A stretch of 64,000 nt of DNA. Origin: an uncultured virus (IMG/VR IMGVR_UViG_3300020043_002236) (lineage: Duplodnaviria; Heunggongvirae; Uroviricota; Caudoviricetes; Crassvirales). The position numbers and the translations under genes were made by a program. This document shows positions 1 to 9,420 of the stretch, in pieces. Under the pieces are notes generated by a model that ran no database searches, was not told the DNA's origin, and saw only the letters and a list, made by a program, of their open reading frames with translations. The stretch is taken from positions 1 through 64,000 of IMG/VR virus record IMGVR_UViG_3300020043_002236; one strand, 5' to 3'. Position 1 is the stretch's first letter. Each line of letters opens with the position of its first letter.

Positions 1-119
1 TTATAGAGTGCAAGGAGGGTGGAGACACACTGAAGCCACTACAGAGGTTTAGAATAGATGAATTAATTAAACAAGGTTTTGAGGCGTTCTGCCTACACGA
101 CACTAAAGGAAAGATATAC
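1..119. repeat. Inverted copy of 63122-63240 (probable chimeric contig end)
   Basis: 1-119 is the exact reverse complement of 63122-63240 (mostly the VRR-NUC 3' half). Confidence 0.9.
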
Positions 120-190
120 TCCGAATAAATAAGGGGTAATTGCAAAATCTTCATTGTTTAATCTTGTATTCTGATAACCTCCTACTATTT

Positions 191-436
191 TCATAATCCT
201 TTTTCTTTTTTAAATATTTCTAATAGTTCTTTAGTTTGATATGTAAAACGAAAATCTAATTCAGATGATTTTATCCAAACAAAAGTGTCGTTTATTTTAC
301 AATAATTTTCATCAACCCACTCTGCAAACTCAATAGCGTAATCGTCTGCTATTTTTTCTAATTCTATAATATTTTCTGCAACTGTTTCATTTGTTGGAGA
401 ATCGTGCCATTTTTGAAATTTTTCTTTTAGTGTCAT
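191..436 (-). CDS. Small hypothetical protein, MTLKEKF...FKKEKGL paralogue family
   Basis: ORF; paralogues at 3579 and 17471; ATGA-coupled to neighbours. Confidence 0.75.
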   Translation of the reverse strand: MTLKEKFQKWHDSPTNETVAENIIELEKIADDYAIEFAEWVDENYCKINDTFVWIKSSELDFRFTYQTKELLEIFKKEKGL

Positions 437-618
437 AATCCTTTTTCTTTTTTGAATATTTTTAATAAATTTTTAAATCTTTCATTATAAAAAATTATTT
501 TATAATCATTTTTATTTGGATGATACCATTTCTCTCTTCCACAATTTTCGCAAAAAACTTCGCTTAATGAACTTTTTATAAATCTTGAACAAAGATTATT
601 TTCTTTTTGCTTTTGCAT
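433..618 (-). CDS. Small Cys-containing hypothetical protein with FKKEKGL tail
   Basis: ORF; CENCG motif; shared C-terminus; ATGA overlap with 191..436. Confidence 0.65.
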   Translation of the reverse strand: MQKQKENNLCSRFIKSSLSEVFCENCGREKWYHPNKNDYKIIFYNERFKNLLKIFKKEKGL

Positions 619-770
619 ATATTTTGCTTTTTATATTGTTTCCATTTCTTTTCAGCAATGTCAATAGCATTACTTAACACTGAGTAATAGTGCATACCAA
701 ATTCTAATGTTTTTTTATCTTGAAAATATCCATCCAGAAAGGCTCCTATATATTTTTCTTTTTCTGTCAT
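576..770 (-). CDS. Hypothetical protein
   Basis: ORF in tightly packed minus-strand run. Confidence 0.55.
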   Translation of the reverse strand: MTEKEKYIGAFLDGYFQDKKTLEFGMHYYSVLSNAIDIAEKKWKQYKKQNICKSKKKIIFVQDL

Positions 771-772
771 AA

Positions 773-979
773 TTAATACTGTATAAATGTAGATGAAATT
801 ATATCTTGTATTCTACCTAAAACATAAGTTCTTAAGTTAACAATTTTATTTATACCAGCGCGTTTTCTAATATCAACATAAACTTTATAATCCTCTAACA
901 AATCTCTTTTATTTAAGGAGATTACAGTTTTTTTTGTTTTGTTAAATAAAACTTCATATATTATTTCTTTTGATTTCAT
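773..979 (-). CDS. Hypothetical protein
   Basis: ORF in tightly packed minus-strand run. Confidence 0.55.
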   Translation of the reverse strand: MKSKEIIYEVLFNKTKKTVISLNKRDLLEDYKVYVDIRKRAGINKIVNLRTYVLGRIQDIISSTFIQY

Positions 980-1016
980 AATATTGTTTTAAGGTTATAA
1001 CCTTACGTTACCGTAA

Positions 1017-2249
1017 CTACTTTAAGGCTACAGCCTTAAAATGCGATAACGTAAAGTTCTTTTTGTTAAGTACTTGTTTATACACGTGCGACTCTATACC
1101 ACCCTGAGCGAATATCCAGTAGACTTTATTAAACTTTCGGTCCATAGTAGTCATCCTGTCTCGTGCCTGCCAGTAGCTGGTTGCAGAGAAGTCAATATTG
1201 TAGAACACTAAGTACTCAGCATTCCTAAGACTGATTCCCTCACGACCAGATACGATCTGTAACGCTATAGACTTATCGGTTTCGTTAAACTCGTCGATGT
1301 CAGTTGTCAATTTATCCTTGAATACTTCCTTTAGCGCGTCTAACTCTGCCTTAAACTTATAGAATATACCTATCTTGTTACCATAAAACCTATTCTTGAT
1401 AAACCCAGCTTTAGATGTGTCGAATACCATGGAGTTACCAGACTCGAACTTAACTGTACCTGAGTACATCTGGTGTAGCTTCTGCTGTAATTTAACGGGT
1501 GTGTCGGCTAAAATAACTTCCTCCTTACCTTCGACTACAAGATCCTTTTTTAATCGACTACACATGCTGTATGTGAGCGGACTCATCAATACATAAAGTA
1601 TCTCCTCCTCGATTTCAGAACTAAATCCGGCCTGCTCCTGCGTAAAGGTGATGACGTAGTCTTTTATCACACTCATCACTTTTTCTCTGTCGGCATCGGA
1701 GTAGTCGTTAACCTCATGAGATCCTAGGTACTTCTTCTTAATCTTAACGAAGTCGTTAGCCCACTTATAGAAGTTAGTATACTTCCTGAACGGTGACGCG
1801 TTAGAAACCCAGAACTGATGGTACAGCTGACTATAACTCTCAGGGCTCATGGTTCCACTTAGAAATATCATTGGTAGACCAGCGAACATCTTCTTGAATG
1901 TCTTAGCTCCAACACCTGGCTTAGGGAATGATCCGAACCTATGACTCTCGTCGTGTACTACTAGGTCATAATCACCTAATAACTTATGCATGGACTCATC
2001 ATTCATTACCTCTAAAGAAAAGTGCTGTGCATAGTTGAAGTCATTATAATCTCCAACGATAGAACTAATTGCTTTTTTCTTAGTAAGGAATAACACCTTG
2101 TTAGCTCCAAATAACTTAGCAGTTTCAAGCGCCATAAGCGTCTTTCCACAACGAACCTCTGCTGCTAAATAAACAATTTTGTTTACTTTTAAAATCTTCA
2201 CAGCCTTATTTGCTATGTCTACCTGATAATCTCTAAGCTTTTTTTCCAT
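1017..2249 (-). CDS. Superfamily 2 (SNF2/DEAD-like) helicase
   Basis: LRDYQ Q-motif, EVRCGKT Walker A, DESH Walker B, LSGT motif III, GREGISL and YWQARDR motifs. Confidence 0.88.
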   Translation of the reverse strand: MEKKLRDYQVDIANKAVKILKVNKIVYLAAEVRCGKTLMALETAKLFGANKVLFLTKKKAISSIVGDYNDFNYAQHFSLEVMNDESMHKLLGDYDLVVHDESHRFGSFPKPGVGAKTFKKMFAGLPMIFLSGTMSPESYSQLYHQFWVSNASPFRKYTNFYKWANDFVKIKKKYLGSHEVNDYSDADREKVMSVIKDYVITFTQEQAGFSSEIEEEILYVLMSPLTYSMCSRLKKDLVVEGKEEVILADTPVKLQQKLHQMYSGTVKFESGNSMVFDTSKAGFIKNRFYGNKIGIFYKFKAELDALKEVFKDKLTTDIDEFNETDKSIALQIVSGREGISLRNAEYLVFYNIDFSATSYWQARDRMTTMDRKFNKVYWIFAQGGIESHVYKQVLNKKNFTLSHFKAVALK

Positions 2250-2607
2250 ATACCTCTTTGTATTTATAGGCTAGATTGTTGTTGCAGAACTCAATCTCTT
2301 CTGGTGTTAATGTCTTATAAAATATAGTACGTCCACCTGTAAATTTCTTGGCCTTGATGCATGATTTTTCATTTAAATAATTCCTAAATGACTTCTTACA
2401 TTCTCGTAAGTAGAAAGGAAATAATGGCAGTCCATCGTACCTTTGATCTACTGACTTAATGTTTCCGAACTGCCATGATAACATGTCTACGTGTACCTCA
2501 TCCTTAATAGATACCTTATCTATTTTTAATAAATCCTGAAACTTTGTTTTAATTTCTGCGGAAGGTTTGTTAAGTACAAACGCCACCTCTCTGTAGTTTA
2601 GTGTCAT
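2233..2607 (-). CDS. Hypothetical protein
   Basis: 124 aa ORF overlapping neighbours. Confidence 0.65.
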   Translation of the reverse strand: MTLNYREVAFVLNKPSAEIKTKFQDLLKIDKVSIKDEVHVDMLSWQFGNIKSVDQRYDGLPLFPFYLRECKKSFRNYLNEKSCIKAKKFTGGRTIFYKTLTPEEIEFCNNNLAYKYKEVYGKKA

Positions 2608-2930
2608 AGTAGTTCGTTTAAAAATAATACTCTGTTCTCTCTGGCCTTGTCTATGTTATCTACTACGTGATTAATAACGTGCGACAGTAGTAATAGATCA
2701 GGCTCGTCAAACTCTGCTATCTGACTTATTAGTCTGTGTCTAGAGTTCATTAGGTTGGTCACCATCTGAGGATCATTCTTATACATTACGTTGTAGTTGT
2801 ATATGACGTCCTTTTCAATATCGTTCTTGAGTAGGTTCGCTAGGTTCTTTGTCTTACCTTTCAACCTCATCTCGTCCATTAACTCCAGTGCTAGCTGTAG
2901 CGTTAATGATAATTCAATTCCTGTCTTCAT
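2604..2930 (-). CDS. Hypothetical protein
   Basis: 108 aa ORF, ATGA-coupled. Confidence 0.65.
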   Translation of the reverse strand: MKTGIELSLTLQLALELMDEMRLKGKTKNLANLLKNDIEKDVIYNYNVMYKNDPQMVTNLMNSRHRLISQIAEFDEPDLLLLSHVINHVVDNIDKARENRVLFLNELL

Positions 2931-3105
2931 CTTTATACTGAATTAAAAATCCTATTAATACTAAAATATTCATGCCGAATGAAGCGATGATCTCTCGTAT
3001 GTCCTCGTAAACATTAATAGATAAGTGCACGTGACCTACTACCCAGAAAGGTATAGCTAGGTTGCTTGCTATCCATACCATGGTGTATTTAAGAAATCTC
3101 TTCAT
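2914..3105 (-). CDS. Small two-TM membrane protein
   Basis: Two hydrophobic segments in 63 aa. Confidence 0.65.
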   Translation of the reverse strand: MKRFLKYTMVWIASNLAIPFWVVGHVHLSINVYEDIREIIASFGMNILVLIGFLIQYKDEDRN

Positions 3106-3478
3106 CTTTGAACTGATTAAAAAAGCTTTCTATGCTTTCAAGTTCTAGCTTGTGCATTTTATTTAGCTGTCTGATCCTAGATTCTTTAGCATCATCTAAA
3201 GAGCTAAATATGTAATTACAATTTAAGCTTAATGATGTTTCCTCATTACCCTCAAAGTTAAATACTAATCCCTTTGGGATATCCACCTTGTAGTATATCT
3301 CTGGATTTAAATTGTCGCTAAGTTCGATGCCTCTTATTATACCTCTGAATATATTGTCTTTTCCATAACCAATAAATACGTCGTCTCCAAGACTGAACTT
3401 CTTTTCGTTTCTTAAGAATCCGAAATACTTGTCATAATGATTCTCAAATCGAACCTTGTATATATTATCTATTGTCAT
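3089..3478 (-). CDS. Hypothetical protein
   Basis: 129 aa ORF. Confidence 0.65.
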   Translation of the reverse strand: MTIDNIYKVRFENHYDKYFGFLRNEKKFSLGDDVFIGYGKDNIFRGIIRGIELSDNLNPEIYYKVDIPKGLVFNFEGNEETSLSLNCNYIFSSLDDAKESRIRQLNKMHKLELESIESFFNQFKDEEIS

Positions 3479-3578
3479 AATTCCTTTTGTTTTTATATTC
3501 CTGAATAATAAACTAATCCTAAAACTATGTCGTAATAAAAATACATTCTTGAATTCTTATCTCTTTCACTCCAAAATC

Positions 3579-3812
3579 TTACCATCCTTTTTCTTTTTTA
3601 AATATTTCTAATAGTTCTTTTGATGTTATAATAATATCAGAATCTAAATCTTCAATCCATATAGATTTATTTCCAACTTTAAAATAGTTTTCATCTGCCC
3701 ATTCAGCAAACTCAATAGCAAATTCATCTGCTATTTGCACTTGCGTATCATAAAATGCACTCCAAGTTATAGAGTTACCTTCTATTAGTTTAAATTTTTC
3801 TTTTAGTGTCAT
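3579..3812 (-). CDS. MTLKEKF...FKKEKGW paralogue
   Basis: Shares AIEFAEW.DENY and KELLEIFKKEKG with 191..436. Confidence 0.75.
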   Translation of the reverse strand: MTLKEKFKLIEGNSITWSAFYDTQVQIADEFAIEFAEWADENYFKVGNKSIWIEDLDSDIIITSKELLEIFKKEKGW

Positions 3813-4072
3813 AATTTTTTATTTAAAAACTCATTTATAAAATCAGTATTTATTTTAAATTTCGGTAATTTAATTTTAAAAAACTCAATTAATCTACTTG
3901 CCAAAAACATAACGGCAAATGGAGGTAGAATTATAGCAAGTAAACAGTCAATTAAAAACTCTTTAACGGTAAAGTGATATTCTTTAGCATCAAAATAGCA
4001 AACTGTAATGGTAATTATAGTAATTGCTAAGTATAATAATATTAAAATCATAATCGTATTTTTTAGTGTCAT
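3809..4072 (-). CDS. Small membrane protein
   Basis: Two hydrophobic segments; ATGA-coupled on both sides. Confidence 0.65.
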   Translation of the reverse strand: MTLKNTIMILILLYLAITIITITVCYFDAKEYHFTVKEFLIDCLLAIILPPFAVMFLASRLIEFFKIKLPKFKINTDFINEFLNKKL

Positions 4073-4326
4073 CTATGTCTTTCTTTTAAGTACTTATAAA
4101 CCTCTGGTATCTTCTCGGTAGCCTTCTCTACTGTCTTATATCTCATAGAACCTAGCACCTCTGAGCTGGTATATTCTATACCCTTCTCTTGACGCCAGTC
4201 CTTACCATGCGAGGATATTCCGCCCCGTCTTATAGCGATGCAGAACTGACTATCAATTGGTTTAATATAAACCTGATAGTCGTTCTCAATGCACCACTTC
4301 GCATCAGAATAAGAGTTGTGGTTCAT
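4069..4326 (-). CDS. Hypothetical protein
   Basis: 85 aa ORF downstream of primase. Confidence 0.65.
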   Translation of the reverse strand: MNHNSYSDAKWCIENDYQVYIKPIDSQFCIAIRRGGISSHGKDWRQEKGIEYTSSEVLGSMRYKTVEKATEKIPEVYKYLKERHR

Positions 4327-6721
4327 CTTTTGGTTTTTCTGTCTGCGGTTTGTCTACAAACTTTATCCATCTTCCGTTCATGTCTCTACCCTCTATTGGT
4401 TGTACCCCAGATATAAATACCCCATACGAGTCTAGCCACTTATAGAACATGTTTCTAGAGATAGTCATCTTGGCCTTAGGGGCAAAGTCTGGATTGTCTT
4501 GGATAAAGTCAACATAAAGGTCCTGCTTATAAATTACAGTGTTGGTCTTCAACTTATCACTGTGAGCCTTACCGTCGATAAGTCCGCACCAATCAATAAA
4601 CTCATGGCACGTCTCAGCTGATAACTTTCTGATCTTCAAGTTAACGAACGTACTCTTGATTAGTCCAGTAGTTAAGTAGGCCTGTAAGTTATTGATCATG
4701 TAGTTATCAAACCTACACCACTCATCCTCATCCCACTCACTAAACAATAACCTACCGAACTCAACCTGTGGCGTAAACTCCTTGGTATAGAACTGCTTAA
4801 ACTCTAGCTCCCATTTACGTCTCTCGAATGAGTTACCCTTACCCTTGATCGCGTAGTTGGTTGTGATGATAATCTTTGGTGACTTGTCAAATGGTATCTT
4901 GATCGCGTCCTTGTTCTTCTTCTCAATTGTAATACCCTCTGTAATAACGGAGAACAATCTCTCAAAGTCAAAGTGCTTCTTAACGTCATCAAACGATAGT
5001 ACCTGTGTGTCAACCGACATGGTCTGGTACGGGAATGAACTATCAAAGTTGAAACGCTTACCATCGATCGACGCGGTGTTCTTCATCTTGGACACAGCAT
5101 TAACAAACAGTCCCTTACCTGTACCACCCTCTGGATTATCAGTGATCACCTCATCATTCAGTATCACAGCTGGGCAGTAAGAAAAGTTCTTGTACCCGTG
5201 CAATAAGAATCCGATCGTACTCTCCATTGACTTAATTCTACTCTCATCACCTCCAGATATGTTAGATATAAATACCTTGTAGTCACAGTCTGTGACCTCA
5301 CATATATCAAAGTCTCTATCGATAACCTGATCGCTCCATACGTATCCGCCTAGGTCTAGGTAGTCAATAATGTTTACCTTGTCCTTGGTAATATTGACAG
5401 CGCAGTTCCTGTAGTACAGGTACGCGTTGTCCTTGTCGTCTTCCATGAACGATACGTCAACTGATGTAAGTAGTGACAAGAAGTCATCCTTAAAGAAGCG
5501 CGTCTTATCGGCAAAGTAGTTATAGATCGACAGGTCGTCAAGTCCTTCTAGATACGTCAAAACAAAGTCCTTAATCTCATCGTCAGATGTGTGGTTGATG
5601 AGGTTGTTGGTTACCCTTACAAATATAGAACTCTTACTACCAGACGGTGTGAACTTATAGAACCCATTGTCCTCTAAGAACTCCTTGAATAGATAGTGGA
5701 CTATACTGATAGATCCCTTGTCTGACTTGGTCCAGAACTTCTTGGCCGACTCGTCCTGATCTATTGTACTAATAACGGTATCGATTGTATTCTCGTCCAG
5801 CGCTGTAGTCATAAGCTCAGACTTGATGTCCTTCTTAGACACTCCTCTCTTAATCTTTTGACGTACCTGAGCCAGCTTGTCGTCGTCCTCGTAGAACTTT
5901 GTACCGTGCTTGCTTGTGTTTCTATATGCAGACTGAATAGCTGTGTTAATCTCAGACATAGGAAAGTCCTTGGCCTGAAACTGACTCATAACATACTCGG
6001 CCAGTGACTGAGATATTCCGTACTCGTTAAACGCTGATGCCAATATAAACACGTTGTTGTTACGCTCTCCGTCTACTAGTCCGTACCTTTTAGTCCACCA
6101 CTTCATTAGGATATCAACGATCTTATTCTCGTTTGTGATAGGTATGGTTGGTTGAGAATTGAACTTCTCCTTCTCAACGTACTCATGCTCAGCTATCTCT
6201 GTCCACTCTTCAGATTCCTCGTTGATGTATATTGCTGGATCGTATGACTCGTAGCATACGCGTGATATGTTCTTACACGCCTTATCAAACTGAGGAGAGT
6301 CGAAGTGCTTCTCTAGTGCGTTAAAGTAGTTCTTGTGGTTGTCTGGATCCCTAGGTATCTTAACGAGTACCTTTAGTCCGTCTCCTGATGGGGATATAAA
6401 TACAGAGTAAACATAGTTGTCTGTGGACAGTATATCCTTCTCCATCTTCATCTCCTTAGCTGTAGCATACCCATCAAAGTCTAGGCATATATATCCACTG
6501 TGTTCTACTAGCGCAGTGTCGAGTCTTTTATTAAATGTACCCGAGAAGCATATCGCTGGTAGTGACTGCTTCATAATATTTCTGAGCGACTTGTCCTTTT
6601 CTTTTCGGATCTTTTCTACTAGCTCCTTGGAGTGACCATCTCTGGTGCGTTCTAGTATCTTTTCGATTGGTCGAAAGAATGGCGTCTCAGTTTGTTTTAT
6701 ATTAGCAAATATTGTTACCAT
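4304..6721 (-). CDS. Primase-helicase (VirE_N/BT4734-like N-terminus, PriCT-like middle, SF3-like P-loop helicase)
   Basis: LPAICFSGTF, CLDFD, FISPSGDGLK; GERNNNVFILA; GGTGKGLF Walker A, SFDD Walker B, IITTN. Confidence 0.85.
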   Translation of the reverse strand: MVTIFANIKQTETPFFRPIEKILERTRDGHSKELVEKIRKEKDKSLRNIMKQSLPAICFSGTFNKRLDTALVEHSGYICLDFDGYATAKEMKMEKDILSTDNYVYSVFISPSGDGLKVLVKIPRDPDNHKNYFNALEKHFDSPQFDKACKNISRVCYESYDPAIYINEESEEWTEIAEHEYVEKEKFNSQPTIPITNENKIVDILMKWWTKRYGLVDGERNNNVFILASAFNEYGISQSLAEYVMSQFQAKDFPMSEINTAIQSAYRNTSKHGTKFYEDDDKLAQVRQKIKRGVSKKDIKSELMTTALDENTIDTVISTIDQDESAKKFWTKSDKGSISIVHYLFKEFLEDNGFYKFTPSGSKSSIFVRVTNNLINHTSDDEIKDFVLTYLEGLDDLSIYNYFADKTRFFKDDFLSLLTSVDVSFMEDDKDNAYLYYRNCAVNITKDKVNIIDYLDLGGYVWSDQVIDRDFDICEVTDCDYKVFISNISGGDESRIKSMESTIGFLLHGYKNFSYCPAVILNDEVITDNPEGGTGKGLFVNAVSKMKNTASIDGKRFNFDSSFPYQTMSVDTQVLSFDDVKKHFDFERLFSVITEGITIEKKNKDAIKIPFDKSPKIIITTNYAIKGKGNSFERRKWELEFKQFYTKEFTPQVEFGRLLFSEWDEDEWCRFDNYMINNLQAYLTTGLIKSTFVNLKIRKLSAETCHEFIDWCGLIDGKAHSDKLKTNTVIYKQDLYVDFIQDNPDFAPKAKMTISRNMFYKWLDSYGVFISGVQPIEGRDMNGRWIKFVDKPQTEKPKDEPQLLF

Positions 6722-6735
6722 TGATTAAAATTTAA

Positions 6736-6765
6736 ATTAAAAAGGCCCCGAAACACTCGAGGCCT
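6736..6765 (-). terminator. Intrinsic terminator or attenuator between SSB and primase
   Basis: Minus strand AGGCCTCGA-gtgtt-TCGGGGCCT followed by a T run. Confidence 0.6.
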
Positions 6766-6785
6766 GATGAGTGTGATACGTCTAA

Positions 6786-7076
6786 TTAAGGGATGTCGTT
6801 AGTCGCTTCCTTCTTAATATTCCATCCTTGGATGCTGTTGAAGTATTTAATTAATCCTTGTGGATCAGTCCACTCTCTACCGCGCAAGTTGATGCCTACC
6901 TCTACATTCTCTCCAACTCTATACTTGTCTAGTATCGCGCACTTGTCCTGATTGAACTCGATGCTGATGTGTTGTGGGTACTGCTCGTCAGTTGATACTA
7001 CGATTTCTCTTTTTGAAAACTTATCAGATACTTGTTGTGTTGATCCGATGAACTTGATTTTTCCTTTTACTTCCAT
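6786..7076 (-). CDS. DUF3127-like OB-fold single-stranded DNA-binding protein
   Basis: MEVKGKI, FSKREIVV, EQYPQHISIEF, INLRGREW, YFNSIQGW. Confidence 0.85.
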   Translation of the reverse strand: MEVKGKIKFIGSTQQVSDKFSKREIVVSTDEQYPQHISIEFNQDKCAILDKYRVGENVEVGINLRGREWTDPQGLIKYFNSIQGWNIKKEATNDIP

Positions 7077-7097
7077 GTTTATTTAATTTAATTTGAT

Positions 7098-7832
7098 TTA
7101 TAATTCTTCTTCAATGATATAATTGTTTATGTCAGCCCACGCGTCCTTACCGAAGAACTTGTTGTACTGATCAATGGCCGAGATTACCTTAACTCGTCCA
7201 GACTCTAAGAAGTCGTCGCTACAAGTAAACTCTCCTAGCATCCCAGTGGTCTTGTCTATTACATAGAACACTAACGGCTTACCGAAGAACTCTTGGTATA
7301 GGTACGCTTGACTGTCGTAGTTGTACTTCTTGGCGCTGTATCTAAAGTCAGATATACTTGACGTCGTCTTGATGTCAATGATCATCTCGTCAGTCACAAT
7401 GTCAGCCTTACCCTTCCACATGGCTCCGTAGATCTCCTTAACGTTTGGCACCTCGAACTGATTGCCAGCCTTATAGATGTTGTCGTAGAAGTGAAGGTTA
7501 CCCTTCATTGTATTGACAAGGTTGTTAAGCTCATCTACCTCAGATCTAAGGATAAGTATACTAGCTCCAGACTCCTTGATCGCGTCTTTGTAGATATTCG
7601 TGTTACGGCTTGACGCGTCCACGATATTAAAGTTACACAACTTCTCTGGCTCCAGTACTGCGGTGTGAAAGTAGCTACCCTCGATCATTGCCTTAGTGGT
7701 CTCCGTATTCTTCTTGAAGTTCTTAGGATTATTTAGTAAGTCTCCGATGTCTGAGTTAGATAGGAACTGCTTACCGAACTCTCCGTAGTAGTCCGCGTCG
7801 TTCTGTAATTTTTCAATGATGTTAGTCGACAT
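7098..7832 (-). CDS. PD-(D/E)XK exonuclease (RecE/ExoVIII, DUF3799-like)
   Basis: LSNSDI, GSYFHTAVLEP, KGKAD, IDIKTT, Y.YDSQAYLY. Confidence 0.85.
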   Translation of the reverse strand: MSTNIIEKLQNDADYYGEFGKQFLSNSDIGDLLNNPKNFKKNTETTKAMIEGSYFHTAVLEPEKLCNFNIVDASSRNTNIYKDAIKESGASILILRSEVDELNNLVNTMKGNLHFYDNIYKAGNQFEVPNVKEIYGAMWKGKADIVTDEMIIDIKTTSSISDFRYSAKKYNYDSQAYLYQEFFGKPLVFYVIDKTTGMLGEFTCSDDFLESGRVKVISAIDQYNKFFGKDAWADINNYIIEEEL

Positions 7833-8346
7833 AATTTCCTAGTTCTTTTTTAGTAGCAGTAGAGATGGTGTACTTAGACTGCAAGTTGTTAATAATATTA
7901 GCCAGACCCAGTTGCTTGTTTGCCTTAACGTACTCGATAACTCCAGCCCAGTTAGGTGACTCTGGTGTTAGTTCTGTCTTGGCATTTACTGGTGCTGATC
8001 CTTCTCCTACCGCTATGATCCTATTGATCGCTAGTCCTTGAGCCTCTCCGATACGTCCCTTGTTAGGCTTAACACTTAACTCAATTGTAATGTTCTTCCA
8101 TGCGTCAACGTTACCAGACTTAACTGCGTTGTGTAGCATTTTACAGTTTCCTGAGTTTAAGATCATCGGCTTGGTTGGTCGTCCAGATGGTAGCTTGGCC
8201 TCTTTAAAGTAGGCTACGTTCTTTAGCTCTTGCTTGGTTAGTTGTACCATCTTCTGCTCTACCCTATCAACGGTGAGCTGTACTGGCCCGTCTAGTTCGT
8301 ATGAACTCATGAATGGGCTGTCGAATGCGTCTTTCCAGTTTGTCAT
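7822..8346 (-). CDS. Putative ssDNA annealing/binding protein
   Basis: Adjacent to RecE-like exonuclease; W..F....+..LT+..V and KPMILN..N pattern. Confidence 0.5.
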   Translation of the reverse strand: MTNWKDAFDSPFMSSYELDGPVQLTVDRVEQKMVQLTKQELKNVAYFKEAKLPSGRPTKPMILNSGNCKMLHNAVKSGNVDAWKNITIELSVKPNKGRIGEAQGLAINRIIAVGEGSAPVNAKTELTPESPNWAGVIEYVKANKQLGLANIINNLQSKYTISTATKKELGNYVD

Positions 8347-8591
8347 TTTATTTTAGATATTATTTGTTTCACTTCTTCTATTCTTGTAAGGCAGTCCTTT
8401 ACGTCCTCGCAGTTCTCTAACTTAAGGTCGAGGTACTTTCTAAGTGCCTGTTCTACAGTAAGATAGTACCACTTGTCTGTGTAAATAAAGTCTACTGTCT
8501 TTCCGTCTTTTTCTCTCTGTCTTGGAGTCTCTAGTTGTAGCGTGGTGCCAACTCCGTCAGACTTGATTGAGTATTCTTCGTCTAGTTTCAT
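8343..8591 (-). CDS. Hypothetical protein
   Basis: 82 aa ORF starting at a junction motif. Confidence 0.65.
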   Translation of the reverse strand: MKLDEEYSIKSDGVGTTLQLETPRQREKDGKTVDFIYTDKWYYLTVEQALRKYLDLKLENCEDVKDCLTRIEEVKQIISKIK

Positions 8592-8594
8592 ATC

Positions 8595-8831
8595 TTATTT
8601 GTTTTTAAATGTTTCGTTATAATATTGTTGTCCGCTTTCGTTTGGCGGTAAAATATTTTTACCTTTATTATGCGCCTCAATAATCTGTTGCTTTTCTTTA
8701 GTATTTATACAATTTTCGCAAATTTCAATAGCATCTAATAATGCTTTTTCAGTAGTATATTTTATTTCATTTGATAAATGAATACGTAATTGTTGTTCAA
8801 AATATAATTTTAATTCTTGTACTGCTGTCAT
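8595..8831 (-). CDS. MTAV...EKQQII...YYNETFKNK family mini-protein
   Basis: Paralogue of 14596..14847 and 9421..9711. Confidence 0.75.
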   Translation of the reverse strand: MTAVQELKLYFEQQLRIHLSNEIKYTTEKALLDAIEICENCINTKEKQQIIEAHNKGKNILPPNESGQQYYNETFKNK

Positions 8832-8844
8832 ATCTTATTTTTTT

Positions 8845-9027
8845 TTAAATTTCTAAAACTTCTTCTTCTGCACATTTGTACAATTCGTTGTCGTCATCTG
8901 CTCTTACGACATAATCAATACCTTTGCTTCTACTAAATGGGTTTTCCCATTTCATTATACGTTCAATAGTACCCGTAAAAGAAGTTTGTTGATTTTCTAC
9001 TTTTACTTTTGTGTTTAATTTTAACAT
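8845..9027 (-). CDS. Small beta-rich hypothetical protein
   Basis: ORF bounded by junction motifs. Confidence 0.65.
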   Translation of the reverse strand: MLKLNTKVKVENQQTSFTGTIERIMKWENPFSRSKGIDYVVRADDDNELYKCAEEEVLEI

Positions 9028-9040
9028 ATCTTATTTGTTT

Positions 9041-9181
9041 TTAAATTAAATTTACAATGTTAGTTGCATAGTTTACTTTTAGTTTATCTAAATCTGAACA
9101 AACTTTGTCAAATTCTTGTTTAGTAAATTTTACAAAGGATAAAAATCCTTTAACGTAAATTTCGTATCTTATTGTTGGCAT
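9041..9181 (-). CDS. 46 aa mini-protein MPTIRYEIYV...NIVNLI
   Basis: Read manually; fills the gap between two junction motifs exactly. Confidence 0.55.
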   Translation of the reverse strand: MPTIRYEIYVKGFLSFVKFTKQEFDKVCSDLDKLKVNYATNIVNLI

Positions 9182-9184
9182 ATA

Positions 9185-9406
9185 TTATTTGGTTTTAAAA
9201 GGTTCAAGTATTACTAAATTGTCGTCGTCATCGTACTCAAAGCAGTCATTACAATAATGTTTGTCGCCAACTTTTTCCCAACCTTCTTCTTGTCTAATAT
9301 CTTCGTTGGCTTCTACATCGCTCCAACAAGAATAACCCGTATCTTCGTTTACATCAGTTCCACAAACATCACAGACAATTGTGAACATTTTTACTTCTTT
9401 TACCAT
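9185..9406 (-). CDS. Small zinc-ribbon protein
   Basis: CDVCG...GW...HYCNDC. Confidence 0.7.
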   Translation of the reverse strand: MVKEVKMFTIVCDVCGTDVNEDTGYSCWSDVEANEDIRQEEGWEKVGDKHYCNDCFEYDDDDNLVILEPFKTK

Positions 9407-9420
9407 AGTTTTTTTATAAA

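Noticed and set aside
6741..6780. Plus-strand GAAAC...CTGATGA resembling a fourth hammerhead
   Set aside because: Only 10 nt separate GAAA from CTGATGA, too few for stems III and I. It is antisense to the genes and better explained as a minus-strand terminator.
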